DNA of 64,000 nt from Patescibacteria group bacterium (lineage in GTDB: Bacteria > Patescibacteriota > Patescibacteriia > PEXW01). The position numbers and the translations under genes were made by a program. Shown piece after piece: positions 18,846 to 28,085 of this stretch. The notes below the pieces were generated by a model, which was given only the letters and a program-made list of their open reading frames with translations, did no database searches and was not told where the DNA came from. The stretch lies in NCBI GenBank assembly GCA_041665345.1, contig JBAYJA010000004.1:48122-112121 (forward strand), given 5' to 3'. How positions within the stretch are numbered: position 1 is the stretch's first letter; each line of letters opens with the position of its first letter.

Positions 18846-21767
18846 ATGGCACATGCACATGCCTCAGCACTTCGTCATCAGTCAAAAGCATCTGTACCTC
18901 GGTTTAGTGCTTTTTTGGTCATTATTCCTGCTGCCTTAGTTGTCTCCGGATTACTCTTCTCCCTTCCCCACTTGCAAGCCGGTGGAGCAGGCTTGAGTTT
19001 TCTTGGCTTCAAAAAACCAGCGCCTAGCCAAAAGTACGTCTGCCCCAGTGCCTCCTATACAAAGGACTTTACTAGTGTCTTGAAAAATGGAGTGCCAGCC
19101 AGTTCCGCACAAACCGTAGTGGAAACCAATGCGCGGTTACTGGGCCAAGCTGAGCCAAGTAAGGATCTCATTGCGAGCCGCACAGATCTCACTGCCCGGA
19201 AAACTGCACTCCTTGGTCTCATGGCAACCGCACCAGACAAAGCCTTAGCTGCAGTTTTGAGCCCAAATATTGGGGATGCGTACCAAACATGGACGACGAA
19301 CTGCGTGGAAGAACGCGTGACCGTGACGGGAAAAGTGACGGAATATGATTATACTGCGGCGAAAGGCATTGCTCCAAAAGGGCCCGATGCACTGTTCATG
19401 TTGCAAACTGTTTCTGGTAGCACTCTTGCGCTTCAACCAGCCAAAGCACTGCACACCGCCTTTCTTACAGGCGATACGCTAACCATTACCGGCTTTCAAC
19501 TTGATGACCGTATAGTTTTTGATGGTCGGTCTTCAGTGACAGTGGATCCATCCGGCCTGGGAACTGGCTACACTGTAGCGAAGGAGAAGACTAATCGTGA
19601 TGCAGTAACCGGCCCCCAAGAGACTATTGTACTGCTGGTGAATTTCCAAAATACACCTCAGCCGGCATATCCGGTTTCAACTATTGAAAACATCGTCTTC
19701 TCACAAATGAACAGCTACTACCAGCAGAATTCGTACAACAAAATTAGCATAGTTGGTGATGTGGAAAATTGGCGGACGATCCCGATGGACACGACCTGCG
19801 ATTTTGCCTCAACCATTGGGCCAGTGGTCCAAGCTTTTGATGCCGACGTTGACTTTCGTCAGTACGAACGGCTCGTGGTGTTTGCGCCGCTTGGACCCTC
19901 ATGCCCTTTCATTGGCATCAGCAGCGTTGGGCAAACCACGGTAGCGACGAATGATGGTCCGGTTGTTATGTCAACGTCCTACATCTTGTCCAATTACGCC
20001 GGCGTTGCGCTAACCGCGCACGAGTACGGCCATGGTTTGGGTCTGCACCATGCAAGTTTTTACAATTGCCCAAATACCCCCTACCAAGAAACTGGCTGCG
20101 ATATTACTGAGTACGGCAGTCCATACAGTACCATGGGTAATCATGCACTCTTTGGCTACTTCAACGCTCTGGAAAAAGATTTCCTTGGGTGGTTTGTACC
20201 ATCCAATATCGAGACGGTAACCGAAAGTGGCACCTATACCATAGATCACCTAGAAGTTGCATCAACCAATCTGAAGGCACTGAAGTTTCAGCGCTCAGCA
20301 AATGACTTTTTGTACGCTGAATACCGGCAACCAATTGGGCATGACACAGGATTTGGATCGACGAATGCCTATGACGGTGCGCTCCTCCACATTCGCGCAA
20401 ATACGGGCGTATCTGGCCCACAGGCGAACCGTTCTTTCTTGCTTGATGCTGCGCACCCACCAGTGTGGGGAAGCGCAAATGACGCAGCGTTGACCGTTGG
20501 ACAAACTTTTGTTGACCCCCTGACCAATACTTCTGTAAAGACAGTCGAAAAGGGCGACGGGGACGTAGACATCCAGGTGCAAATTGGCAAACATGACTTT
20601 ACCGCACCGCAAGTGAGTATTACATCGCCAGCTGAGGGCAGCACGGTGAGTGGCCAATTTACCGTCACTGTTGACGCACAAGATGCATCTGGAATCGAAA
20701 AAGTTGTGTTGCAGAACGGGTCACTGTTATTCCGATCTGAAATTGGCACTGACACGCAAGCCCCGTTTGCATTTAACGTCGACAGTTCCATGTTCCCAGC
20801 CGGGATCGCGACTCTCGTTGCAGTTGCCTATGATAAGTCTGGTGCGCCCTATGGAGTGGCAAATAACTCTGGGAGCAGTGGCTTCTTTACGGTGAATATC
20901 GTGGGTGGGGATGTAACTCCTCCGACCACCAGCATGACAGCTCCGCTGAACAATACCGCTGTACGAAATCTGGTCACCGTCAGTGCCCAAGCAGATGACA
21001 ACGGATTCATTAGCCAGCTGAAGCTCTTCGTGGATGGGGTACAGAAGTTCTTCCAATTTGGTGATGCCTCCAGCATCTCCGGGGTACTGGATTTAACCCA
21101 AGGGACGCACACCGCGTATTCGGTTGCAGTAGACCAAGCAGGATTAACGACGCAAAGCGCAACTTCAACTTTCGTCGTTGACAATACTGCCCCAACCGTC
21201 AGCCTGGTGGATCCTGCTCAAGGAGCTTCCGTTTCGGCCAGCATCGCACTCACCGCCACCGCTGCGGACAATGACGCTATTCAGAAAGTGGTCTTCGTTC
21301 GCGACTCTGGCACGGTCATTGGTGAAGATCCCACCGCGCCATACAGCGTTACCTGGGATACCTCACTTGTTCCTCCTGGGCCACACACCCTTGGAGCCGT
21401 GGCGTATGACCGCGCAGGGAATACCGCAACATCAAGCACGCACGCAATCACTGTGCAGGCCACTGCTACCTACGTCTGCGGGGATAGTGACAGCAACCAA
21501 ATAGTCACCATCTCCGACGCCGTCCACCTCATCAACTACATCTTCAGCGGTGGACCCGCCCCAAGCCCCTTGGTGGCAGCGGACGCCGACGGGAGTGGCG
21601 TAGTAACCATCTCCGACTCCGTCCACCTCATCAACTACATCTTCAGCGGTGGGCCGACACCAAGCTGCGTTACCAACCCACCCAGTGTGAAACTGGCACC
21701 GGATCCAACCGAAGGCCAAACCTTGCAGAGTTTCAAAGCTGCACACCCAGAGATTTTTAGCCAGTAA
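18846..21767 (+). CDS. Secreted metzincin metalloprotease (M11 gametolysin/M6-like) with 3 Ig-like repeats and C-terminal dockerin
   Basis: N-terminal TM. HEYGHGLGLHH zinc motif (~20019), EYGSPYSTMG Met-turn, AEYRQPIG, three D.T.P.VS...P..G..VSG Ig repeats, dockerin GDSDSNQIVTISDAVHLINYIFSGG / ADADGSGVVTISDSVHLINYIFSGG. Confidence 0.88.
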   Translation: MAHAHASALRHQSKASVPRFSAFLVIIPAALVVSGLLFSLPHLQAGGAGLSFLGFKKPAPSQKYVCPSASYTKDFTSVLKNGVPASSAQTVVETNARLLGQAEPSKDLIASRTDLTARKTALLGLMATAPDKALAAVLSPNIGDAYQTWTTNCVEERVTVTGKVTEYDYTAAKGIAPKGPDALFMLQTVSGSTLALQPAKALHTAFLTGDTLTITGFQLDDRIVFDGRSSVTVDPSGLGTGYTVAKEKTNRDAVTGPQETIVLLVNFQNTPQPAYPVSTIENIVFSQMNSYYQQNSYNKISIVGDVENWRTIPMDTTCDFASTIGPVVQAFDADVDFRQYERLVVFAPLGPSCPFIGISSVGQTTVATNDGPVVMSTSYILSNYAGVALTAHEYGHGLGLHHASFYNCPNTPYQETGCDITEYGSPYSTMGNHALFGYFNALEKDFLGWFVPSNIETVTESGTYTIDHLEVASTNLKALKFQRSANDFLYAEYRQPIGHDTGFGSTNAYDGALLHIRANTGVSGPQANRSFLLDAAHPPVWGSANDAALTVGQTFVDPLTNTSVKTVEKGDGDVDIQVQIGKHDFTAPQVSITSPAEGSTVSGQFTVTVDAQDASGIEKVVLQNGSLLFRSEIGTDTQAPFAFNVDSSMFPAGIATLVAVAYDKSGAPYGVANNSGSSGFFTVNIVGGDVTPPTTSMTAPLNNTAVRNLVTVSAQADDNGFISQLKLFVDGVQKFFQFGDASSISGVLDLTQGTHTAYSVAVDQAGLTTQSATSTFVVDNTAPTVSLVDPAQGASVSASIALTATAADNDAIQKVVFVRDSGTVIGEDPTAPYSVTWDTSLVPPGPHTLGAVAYDRAGNTATSSTHAITVQATATYVCGDSDSNQIVTISDAVHLINYIFSGGPAPSPLVAADADGSGVVTISDSVHLINYIFSGGPTPSCVTNPPSVKLAPDPTEGQTLQSFKAAHPEIFSQ

Positions 21768-21780
21768 ACATTACGGCAAC

Positions 21781-21817
21781 AAAAAGAAAGAGCTCGCCAA
21801 TATGGTGAGCTCTTTTT
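21781..21817. terminator. Bidirectional terminator between convergent genes
   Basis: AAAAAGAAAGAGCTCGCCA..TGGTGAGCTCTTTTT. Confidence 0.75.
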
Positions 21818-21858
21818 GATAGAGAGACGCTGCCCATGCATGTGAACTGTACATCGTA

Positions 21859-22701
21859 CTAGTCGATTTTCAGTGAACCAGGATTGACCCAGTGCTCCTC
21901 GGTAACGTAGCAAATTGCAAGCGGCACCGGAATGCCCGGGCGCGTGAACCAGAGAAGGAATGGTTCGTCGATGATGAGATCCGGCGGCTTTGGTGCGTGT
22001 GCAGAACCAAAGACCATGGTCCGAATGTGCACCTCACTCTTCACGTGTGCGCCAACGACATTGACCCGCAGCTTCGTCGTTTGCTTGGCTGAAGCAATGA
22101 TTGCTGGGTAGTTTTCCGCGCTCGTTGTGCTCATCTTCTCCAGCCAATCAATATTCGGTGCATCGTCCAATTTCACCATGGGAAATTGCACACCATCAAA
22201 CCCGAAGTACACTGCAGTAATTTCCTCCGTGTGGGTCAGTGTACGGACATATGCATCAAGCACGGTTCCACGCAGAGGGTGAGGAGCTTGCGTGATGAAC
22301 ACGCGATCGCCCGACTTCGTTTCCAGAATTGCTATGGGGTACGGATGCACTTTGGTTGTGTATATTGCAATGTGCTCATGTGCCAGCCGCACACCGGGGA
22401 ATTCTTTCATGGTACGCGACTGCACAATGGTTCGTTCGTCACCAACCTTCACCCATTGCACAGTGACGTCCAGCACACTTGTAGCATCCACTGCCACCAG
22501 ATTGTTATCCATCTTCTCCGTGGATACCGAAGCGGTTAGTTCTGGAATCTGGTCAAGGTGTGGCCGAAGTTCCGACAAATGCATCTCCAGGAATGCACGC
22601 TGCTCTGCATTCACCGGTGTCCACTGCTCGCCTGCACCAATGGCTTTTTCGGTTTCCACCAGCGCTTTTGCCACGGGTAGCAACGTTGAGGTTGCACTCA
22701 T
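21859..22701 (-). CDS. Divergent serpin-like protein
   Basis: AAAGGAG then ATG 22701. The C-terminal half follows the serpin pattern: VQFPMVKL...SAKQTTKLRVNVVGAHVKS...LIIDEPFLLWF. Confidence 0.6.
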   Translation of the reverse strand: MSATSTLLPVAKALVETEKAIGAGEQWTPVNAEQRAFLEMHLSELRPHLDQIPELTASVSTEKMDNNLVAVDATSVLDVTVQWVKVGDERTIVQSRTMKEFPGVRLAHEHIAIYTTKVHPYPIAILETKSGDRVFITQAPHPLRGTVLDAYVRTLTHTEEITAVYFGFDGVQFPMVKLDDAPNIDWLEKMSTTSAENYPAIIASAKQTTKLRVNVVGAHVKSEVHIRTMVFGSAHAPKPPDLIIDEPFLLWFTRPGIPVPLAICYVTEEHWVNPGSLKID

Positions 22702-22802
22702 ATTTTCTCCTTTCAAAGAGTTTTTCTTTCCACCACCTTACGTAGTGGAACCCTCACTGTCAATAGGGAAAGCCGTTCACAAATTGTGAACGGCTTATTT
22801 GT

Positions 22803-23525
22803 TTACTCGTGAAGAATGAACAGGTAATCTCCAGCATCCGGTATATCCTCTGGTTTCCAGATGCATGCACTCTGGACGGAACTGAAGTGTCGGTGGAAAA
22901 CTGGCTCCAGTTTGGCAAGTGAAGTCTTGTACTCCCAACCAAGAACATCACTTCGTATGATATCAACTGCAGCCTGGACAATATCCTCCGGTGGGTTCTT
23001 CTCCAGCACGGCCAGCAAAGTTTGATAGCCGAATGCGGCGGCATTGCGTTTCCGCTCACGCTCAGTTTTGTACGGGGCAATGAACCGATCAGCGCAGATT
23101 GCTGTCCCACCGGGTTTCAGGAACGTTTTCAATTTTGCGATGAACGACGCTTGATCCTTATACGGCAAGTGATGAATGCCGGCAGTGCATACGACATAGT
23201 CAAACCGCATTCCCATATTCCATTCTTGAGTGTCCCACGTCCGAACATCTGCTTGGGTGAAACGTATCCCTGGATTGTGCACCATGGCATATGGGATGTA
23301 GCGCCAATCACAATCCACACCATAAAGCTCCAAATCCGGGCGCTTCTTCTTCAAACGACCTAGTAACTGTCCGGGTCCACACATGAGATCCAAAATCGAA
23401 CCACGTTTTGGCGCTTTTTGTGAAATTAGGTGCAGCACATTTTGGATGAGTTGTCCCCAAGGGAAAAACTGCATTTCCCGTATATACACGTCGGGATCAG
23501 GAAGAAAAAAATCTTGGTTTTTCAT
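22803..23525 (-). CDS. Class I SAM-dependent methyltransferase
   Basis: ILDLMCGPG, GVD, ADV, FDYVVC..GIHHL, LKPGG. AAAGGAG precedes ATG 23525. Confidence 0.9.
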   Translation of the reverse strand: MKNQDFFLPDPDVYIREMQFFPWGQLIQNVLHLISQKAPKRGSILDLMCGPGQLLGRLKKKRPDLELYGVDCDWRYIPYAMVHNPGIRFTQADVRTWDTQEWNMGMRFDYVVCTAGIHHLPYKDQASFIAKLKTFLKPGGTAICADRFIAPYKTERERKRNAAAFGYQTLLAVLEKNPPEDIVQAAVDIIRSDVLGWEYKTSLAKLEPVFHRHFSSVQSACIWKPEDIPDAGDYLFILHE

Positions 23526-23707
23526 AGAACTCCTTTCGTTTGTATGTATTTCCCACCACCTTACTCGGCGGTACATTACATGTCAAGGAAGGATAAATGC
23601 TACTTGCTTATATTCGTGTGACACATCCCTTTGGCCCATGGGTTTCAAAAAGCCTCTTATAGCTTTACGGCTTACAGCTTATGGCTTCCCCTTGGTATAC
23701 TTTCCCT

Positions 23708-24313
23708 ATGCGCCTTGTCTTTGCCACCCACAACCCTGGGAAAATTCCAGAAATGCAAGCTATCTTGGCTGGACTGCCTTTGACCGTGTGCAGCGCTGAT
23801 GATGCCGGCGTGCATGAGGATGTGGTGGAGGACGGACAGACATTTGCCGAAAATGCCTTGAAGAAGGCGAGGTTCGTGGCGAAGCAGAGCGGTGAGTGGG
23901 CGGTGGCGGATGATTCTGGTCTGTGCATTGCAGCCTTGGATGGAAAACCCGGCGTATATTCCGCGCGCTGGGCCGGAGAAAGTGTATCTGGTGATGCGCT
24001 GATTGCGTACACCTTAGCCGCACTCAAGACTGTTCCTGAAGGCAAACGCCAAGCTTGGTTTGAGTCCTGCGCCGCACTGGTTGCGCCTGATGGTCGAGAA
24101 TGGACGTTCAGTGGAAAAATTACTGGCATCATTCCACTCACCCCCCGAGGAACACCCAGACCCAAGCTACCCTACGATACCATCTTCATTCCTGACGGGC
24201 ATGGCCGAACGTTTGCAGAAATGTCGGACACGGAAAAGAATAGTCTCAGCCACCGGGGACAGGCGTTTGGGGAACTTCGGAAATTTCTTCAGGAAATATT
24301 TGAAAAGGCATAA
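23708..24313 (+). CDS. rdgB: Non-canonical purine NTP pyrophosphatase (RdgB/HAM1)
   Basis: ATHNPGK, E.GQTFAENALKKA, ADDSGL, PGVYSAR, YDTIF, KNSLSHRG. Confidence 0.95.
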   Translation: MRLVFATHNPGKIPEMQAILAGLPLTVCSADDAGVHEDVVEDGQTFAENALKKARFVAKQSGEWAVADDSGLCIAALDGKPGVYSARWAGESVSGDALIAYTLAALKTVPEGKRQAWFESCAALVAPDGREWTFSGKITGIIPLTPRGTPRPKLPYDTIFIPDGHGRTFAEMSDTEKNSLSHRGQAFGELRKFLQEIFEKA

Positions 24314-24315
24314 CC

Positions 24316-25125
24316 ATGTCTACTGAAATCCACCCGGTTCTCCAGCACCTGCTGGCTCGCCGGGGCAAAACCGTGCCCGTGCAGGATGGGAGAAAAATTG
24401 CCCTGGTGCTGTACGGCGGCGCCATGGCTGGTATTGTCGGTGGTGGTGCAGTCCAAGCCTTGCACGAGCTTGGACTTGACCAGGCGTTTGATCATATTTT
24501 TGCAAACTCCGCTGGGTTTTGTAATGCTTCCTACTTTTTAGCAAACCAGGTTCGGTTAGGTATCACCATCTATTCAGAAAATCTGACGAGCAAACGTTTT
24601 ATTAATCTCTGGCGATTTTGGAAAATGGTTGACGTGGACTATGCCGTGGAAGTAATGCGAAACGTGAAGCCGCTCAAAGTTGAGCATATATTAGCCTCCG
24701 CTACAAAGTTACACGTGTCATTGTATAACCAAACCACGAAAAAAGACGCTTTCCTGGAAGTGCATGACCATCCGGCACATAGCTATTTCGATATTGTACA
24801 TGCGGCGACGGCCATTCATTTTTTTCATCCTGGTGCCACCCAAATTGACAGCCAACGGTATATGGATACCAAGATTGGCCAGGAAATTAACCGACTGCAG
24901 TACGCACGCGCACTTGGCTGTACGGATATCCTGATTATTTACAACCGAAAGGAAAATACCCCGGCAAAAGACCTGAATCAAAAGGATACCTTTGAAATTC
25001 GGCCTGATAGAGATTGGAATATTTCGCAGTTTGAGAGAAATCCTACAAAATTACTTGCGGCGTGTCGAGGTATGGGTCACAAAGTGAAAGTAACATTTGG
25101 TCTGGACAAACCAATTACTATTTAA
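24316..25125 (+). CDS. Patatin-like phospholipase family protein
   Basis: ALVLYGGAMAG, FDHIFANSAG nucleophile elbow, YMD acid position. Confidence 0.8.
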   Translation: MSTEIHPVLQHLLARRGKTVPVQDGRKIALVLYGGAMAGIVGGGAVQALHELGLDQAFDHIFANSAGFCNASYFLANQVRLGITIYSENLTSKRFINLWRFWKMVDVDYAVEVMRNVKPLKVEHILASATKLHVSLYNQTTKKDAFLEVHDHPAHSYFDIVHAATAIHFFHPGATQIDSQRYMDTKIGQEINRLQYARALGCTDILIIYNRKENTPAKDLNQKDTFEIRPDRDWNISQFERNPTKLLAACRGMGHKVKVTFGLDKPITI

Positions 25126-25126
25126 T

Positions 25127-25489
25127 ATGACAAAGGTGGGATCATTTCATAATCGGGTGTTCGCTGCTGTCCGTCGCATTCCCTCAGGCAGGGTAGCAAC
25201 CTATGGACAGATTGCCGGGCTCATTGGCTCACCCCGCGCAGCACAGCAGGTAGGTTGGGCCTTGCATTTACTGGAAAAACGGCCTGACCCCACTGTTCCC
25301 TGGCAGCGGGTCATCAACCGGCATGGCATGCTGTCCATTGTGAACCTACGCTACGCGGCCGATGAACAGGCCAATCTGCTCCAGGCCGAAGGGGTTGTGG
25401 TAAGCAAGAAAGACGACGTTTGGTTTGTTGATTTGGAAAAGTACCTGTGGGAACCAAAAGAAAACCCACGCTCGGTTGAACGTGGGTAA
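25127..25489 (+). CDS. Alkyltransferase-like protein (ATL, MGMT family)
   Basis: IPSGRVATYGQIA...RAAQQVG...VPWQRVIN. Trp replaces the catalytic Cys of PCHR. Confidence 0.9.
   Translation: MTKVGSFHNRVFAAVRRIPSGRVATYGQIAGLIGSPRAAQQVGWALHLLEKRPDPTVPWQRVINRHGMLSIVNLRYAADEQANLLQAEGVVVSKKDDVWFVDLEKYLWEPKENPRSVERG
25459..25487 (-). terminator. Intrinsic terminator closing the radical SAM + peptide unit
   Basis: Minus strand ACCCACGTTC-AACC-GAGCGTGGGT-TTTCTTTT. Confidence 0.7.
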
Positions 25490-25494
25490 AGGCG

Positions 25495-25587
25495 CTACTT
25501 TCCTTTGGATTGATTTTTGGGTTTGCCCTTCTTCACTGGTTGGGGGTTTTTAGGCAATCCCGCTGAGCCTGTATTTGCACCAGCCAC
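25495..25587 (-). CDS. Unannotated 30-aa Lys/Pro/Gly-rich peptide (candidate RiPP precursor)
   Basis: AAAGGAGGTTAT-GTG starts 17 nt after the radical SAM stop. Reads MAGANTGSAGLPKNPQPVKKGKPKNQSKGK*. An alternative 18-aa frame starts at ATG 25589. Confidence 0.55.
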   Translation of the reverse strand: MAGANTGSAGLPKNPQPVKKGKPKNQSKGK

Positions 25588-25604
25588 ATAACCTCCTTTC
25601 TGGG

Positions 25605-26759
25605 TTAGGCGAGGATAGATGAAAAGATGTGTTTTTCTTTTACTAGTGCCTGCACGCCAAAGTGCATTTGCCAATTTTGGACGCCGTTTTGGTAGAGAAC
25701 ACGGAAAGAACTTCCTGAGTGGATTTGCGCATTCGTGTATGGTCTGACGTTTTGACCAAACCGTGACGTTCCACGTTGGAGCTCAGTCAGGGTAAATGCA
25801 ATCGCGTATGGCGCGCGGTACGTGGCATCAGCATCAATAACAAAGGTCTCGGTTGGACTGACGGATTGGGGGTAGAAAGTAACTTCCACACCCTCAAGGA
25901 CAAATTGTATTGCGCCTGGCGCAACGATTGCCTGCTCAACTGCGGAACAAAACCTAGCCTTTCCAACAACCTGCGCAAGTTTGGCAATATCCTCAGCCAC
26001 GTAGATTCGAAAGTGGATGGGCCGAAGTGTGTTAGCCGCAACAATTTGCTGCCAGGCAATGTTGAACTCGTGCTGATTCAATGCGAACAGTGCAATTTTA
26101 GGTCGGGCAGGGGTTAAGGTGGTAACGTGCCATTCGCCTACTTGATGCGGGAGTGCGTTTTCCGTAGCCAAAATACTTGCATAATTCAGTTTGGTTACGG
26201 TGAAAAGCGAGTGTACCCGGCCATTTGGCTGGAGGTAGGTTTGCGCCTCCGCAATCCCTCGCATTGCCTGTGCATACGATTTTGCATTTCCCCGTTGGAG
26301 ATTGTGAATCTGCTCAGGACCGTCCAGAGAAATGTCCAGCCAGTCAAAAGCAAACCCAGACGTATGCAAACTTCGGTCATGCACGAGGTATGAACCATTA
26401 TCAATCATGCCAATCTTGATGTCTGGTCGGGCTTTCCGAACAGCCAGCAGCCAGGCGAGATGCTGCGGACGGAAGATCCTGCCTTCATGGACAAGGCAGG
26501 CACCCTCTGGCATCTGCTGGGCAATATGGAGGACTACTACATCCAGGTCAGAACAATGTGACATTTTGTCAGAAGACGTCTCTGCTTGAAAAATGCAGTG
26601 TTTACATTGGAGGTTGCAGGTTCTTTCCGCTACAACAGAGAGAATATGCGGGGGCTCCTGCGCAAGTGCAGCGTACATATTTTCAATGAGCCATTTATCC
26701 TGGCTATTCTCCACAACCAGAGCGTACCAGAGATCAATTGATGTGTATTTTTGTTGCAT
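25605..26759 (-). CDS. Radical SAM protein
   Basis: CNLQCKHC (CxxxCxxC), IDNG, ISLDGPEQIHNLQRG. Confidence 0.9.
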   Translation of the reverse strand: MQQKYTSIDLWYALVVENSQDKWLIENMYAALAQEPPHILSVVAERTCNLQCKHCIFQAETSSDKMSHCSDLDVVVLHIAQQMPEGACLVHEGRIFRPQHLAWLLAVRKARPDIKIGMIDNGSYLVHDRSLHTSGFAFDWLDISLDGPEQIHNLQRGNAKSYAQAMRGIAEAQTYLQPNGRVHSLFTVTKLNYASILATENALPHQVGEWHVTTLTPARPKIALFALNQHEFNIAWQQIVAANTLRPIHFRIYVAEDIAKLAQVVGKARFCSAVEQAIVAPGAIQFVLEGVEVTFYPQSVSPTETFVIDADATYRAPYAIAFTLTELQRGTSRFGQNVRPYTNAQIHSGSSFRVLYQNGVQNWQMHFGVQALVKEKHIFSSILA

Positions 26760-26931
26760 GTTTTTTGCTCCACTCTTTTTTTGTCCGCTCAGTATCTCTC
26801 AAATATGAATGTTGTCAATTAATATATCTAATATATTGTCATAAATACCAATAAATAATAGGTATTATTAAAAGTATTGGATAGTTGTCAGAAGTATTGA
26901 CAGATTAATCAATTTTCACTATCCTCTACTT

Positions 26932-27663
26932 ATGGAAAAAATCTTAGAAAGCTTAATGAATATTGGACTCAACCGGAAAGAAGCGCAGGTGTACTACGCC
27001 CTGCTACAGCTGGGGCAAAGCTCTGCGCAAGCAGTAGCCCAAAAGGCAGGTCTGAAGCGACCAACAACCTACCTTATCCTGGGTGAGCTCATGCAACGCA
27101 GCCTGGTATTGAAGGTGCCCAAACTCCGGAAGCAAATGTTCATTGCAAAATCACCGCGTGCGTTTGTGGCAGCAGCCGAAGAAAGACTCCAAGCCACCAA
27201 AGCCATGCTCCCCGCCTTGGAAGCAGCAACGAAAGCGCAGGAAAAGGTCCGAACCTTGTACTTCGAAGGTGTGTCCGGCATTCGTGAAGCATTGTTCTAC
27301 CGAATACCTGAATTTGCAGGTACAGAAATCAATGCCTTTTTTGGCAACTCCAAAGCAGCTTCAGACGCCTTAAACCAGGTTTTCCATGAATGGAATGCAA
27401 AAGTGTTTCAGGTAGGTGCAACCATTCGATCTATTGTCCCAAAAGCTCCCTTTCTGGAACAATTCCGGAAGCAGGATACAGCATATAACTTCCTTTCAAA
27501 AATTGTTCCGCCTGATCTCTATACCTCACGATGTTCCATTGACATCACTCCATTCTTCGTTCGGGTCATTCTCTTCAAGGAGGAGCAGGCAGTGATCATT
27601 GAAAGTCCTGATGCGGCAAGAGCAATGAAAGAAATTTTTGAGATGGTGTACCGTCAGGAGTAG
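26932..27663 (+). CDS. TrmB-family transcriptional regulator
   Basis: GLNRKEAQVYYALLQLG...AGLKRPTTYLIL..L...LV, ..YFEG..GI, PLD-like C-domain. TTGACA-17-TATCCT lies 6 nt before the ATG. Confidence 0.9.
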   Translation: MEKILESLMNIGLNRKEAQVYYALLQLGQSSAQAVAQKAGLKRPTTYLILGELMQRSLVLKVPKLRKQMFIAKSPRAFVAAAEERLQATKAMLPALEAATKAQEKVRTLYFEGVSGIREALFYRIPEFAGTEINAFFGNSKAASDALNQVFHEWNAKVFQVGATIRSIVPKAPFLEQFRKQDTAYNFLSKIVPPDLYTSRCSIDITPFFVRVILFKEEQAVIIESPDAARAMKEIFEMVYRQE

Positions 27664-27747
27664 AAAATATTGAGATCTGCCAACATGTGCAAGGTATAGA
27701 CATGAAGCAATATTTATGGAAAGCTACCTGAAGTAGCGTCACATTTT

Positions 27748-27821
27748 GCGGGCATCGTATAATGGTAATACCTCAGCTTTCCAAGCTGATGCCGGGGGTT
27801 CGATTCCCCCTGCCCGCTCCA
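27748..27821 (+). tRNA. tRNA-Gly (TCC)
   Basis: GCGGGCA acceptor stem pairs with TGCCCGC. Anticodon arm TCAGC-TT-TCC-AA-GCTGA, T-loop TTCGATT, encoded CCA. Confidence 0.97.
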
Positions 27822-28085
27822 TGAACCACTCGCTGCGCTCGGGTTCATGGCAAGCCAGCATTTAGTGATTCAGGCCAACTCGTTTCGCACGTCAAACTCC
27901 ATATGACGCGGTTTTGCCGCATCCACTTTGGCCTGCCTCTTGGCCGGAGGCTGAGCGAAGCTCCCGCACCAGTTCATTTCAATCCGGTACGGGGCAGACT
28001 CGTTTTACCCTGGAAGGACTTGACATTCTTTCTCTTTTTGCTAAGCTGGGCGATAAACAAAATCTTTACAAGGAAGGGGTTACCC

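Noticed and set aside
21502-21665. Near-identical repeat pair as a DGR template/variable region
   Set aside because: Differences are not confined to adenines (G/T and C/G occur), both copies are in-frame dockerin halves, and no reverse transcriptase is in the window.
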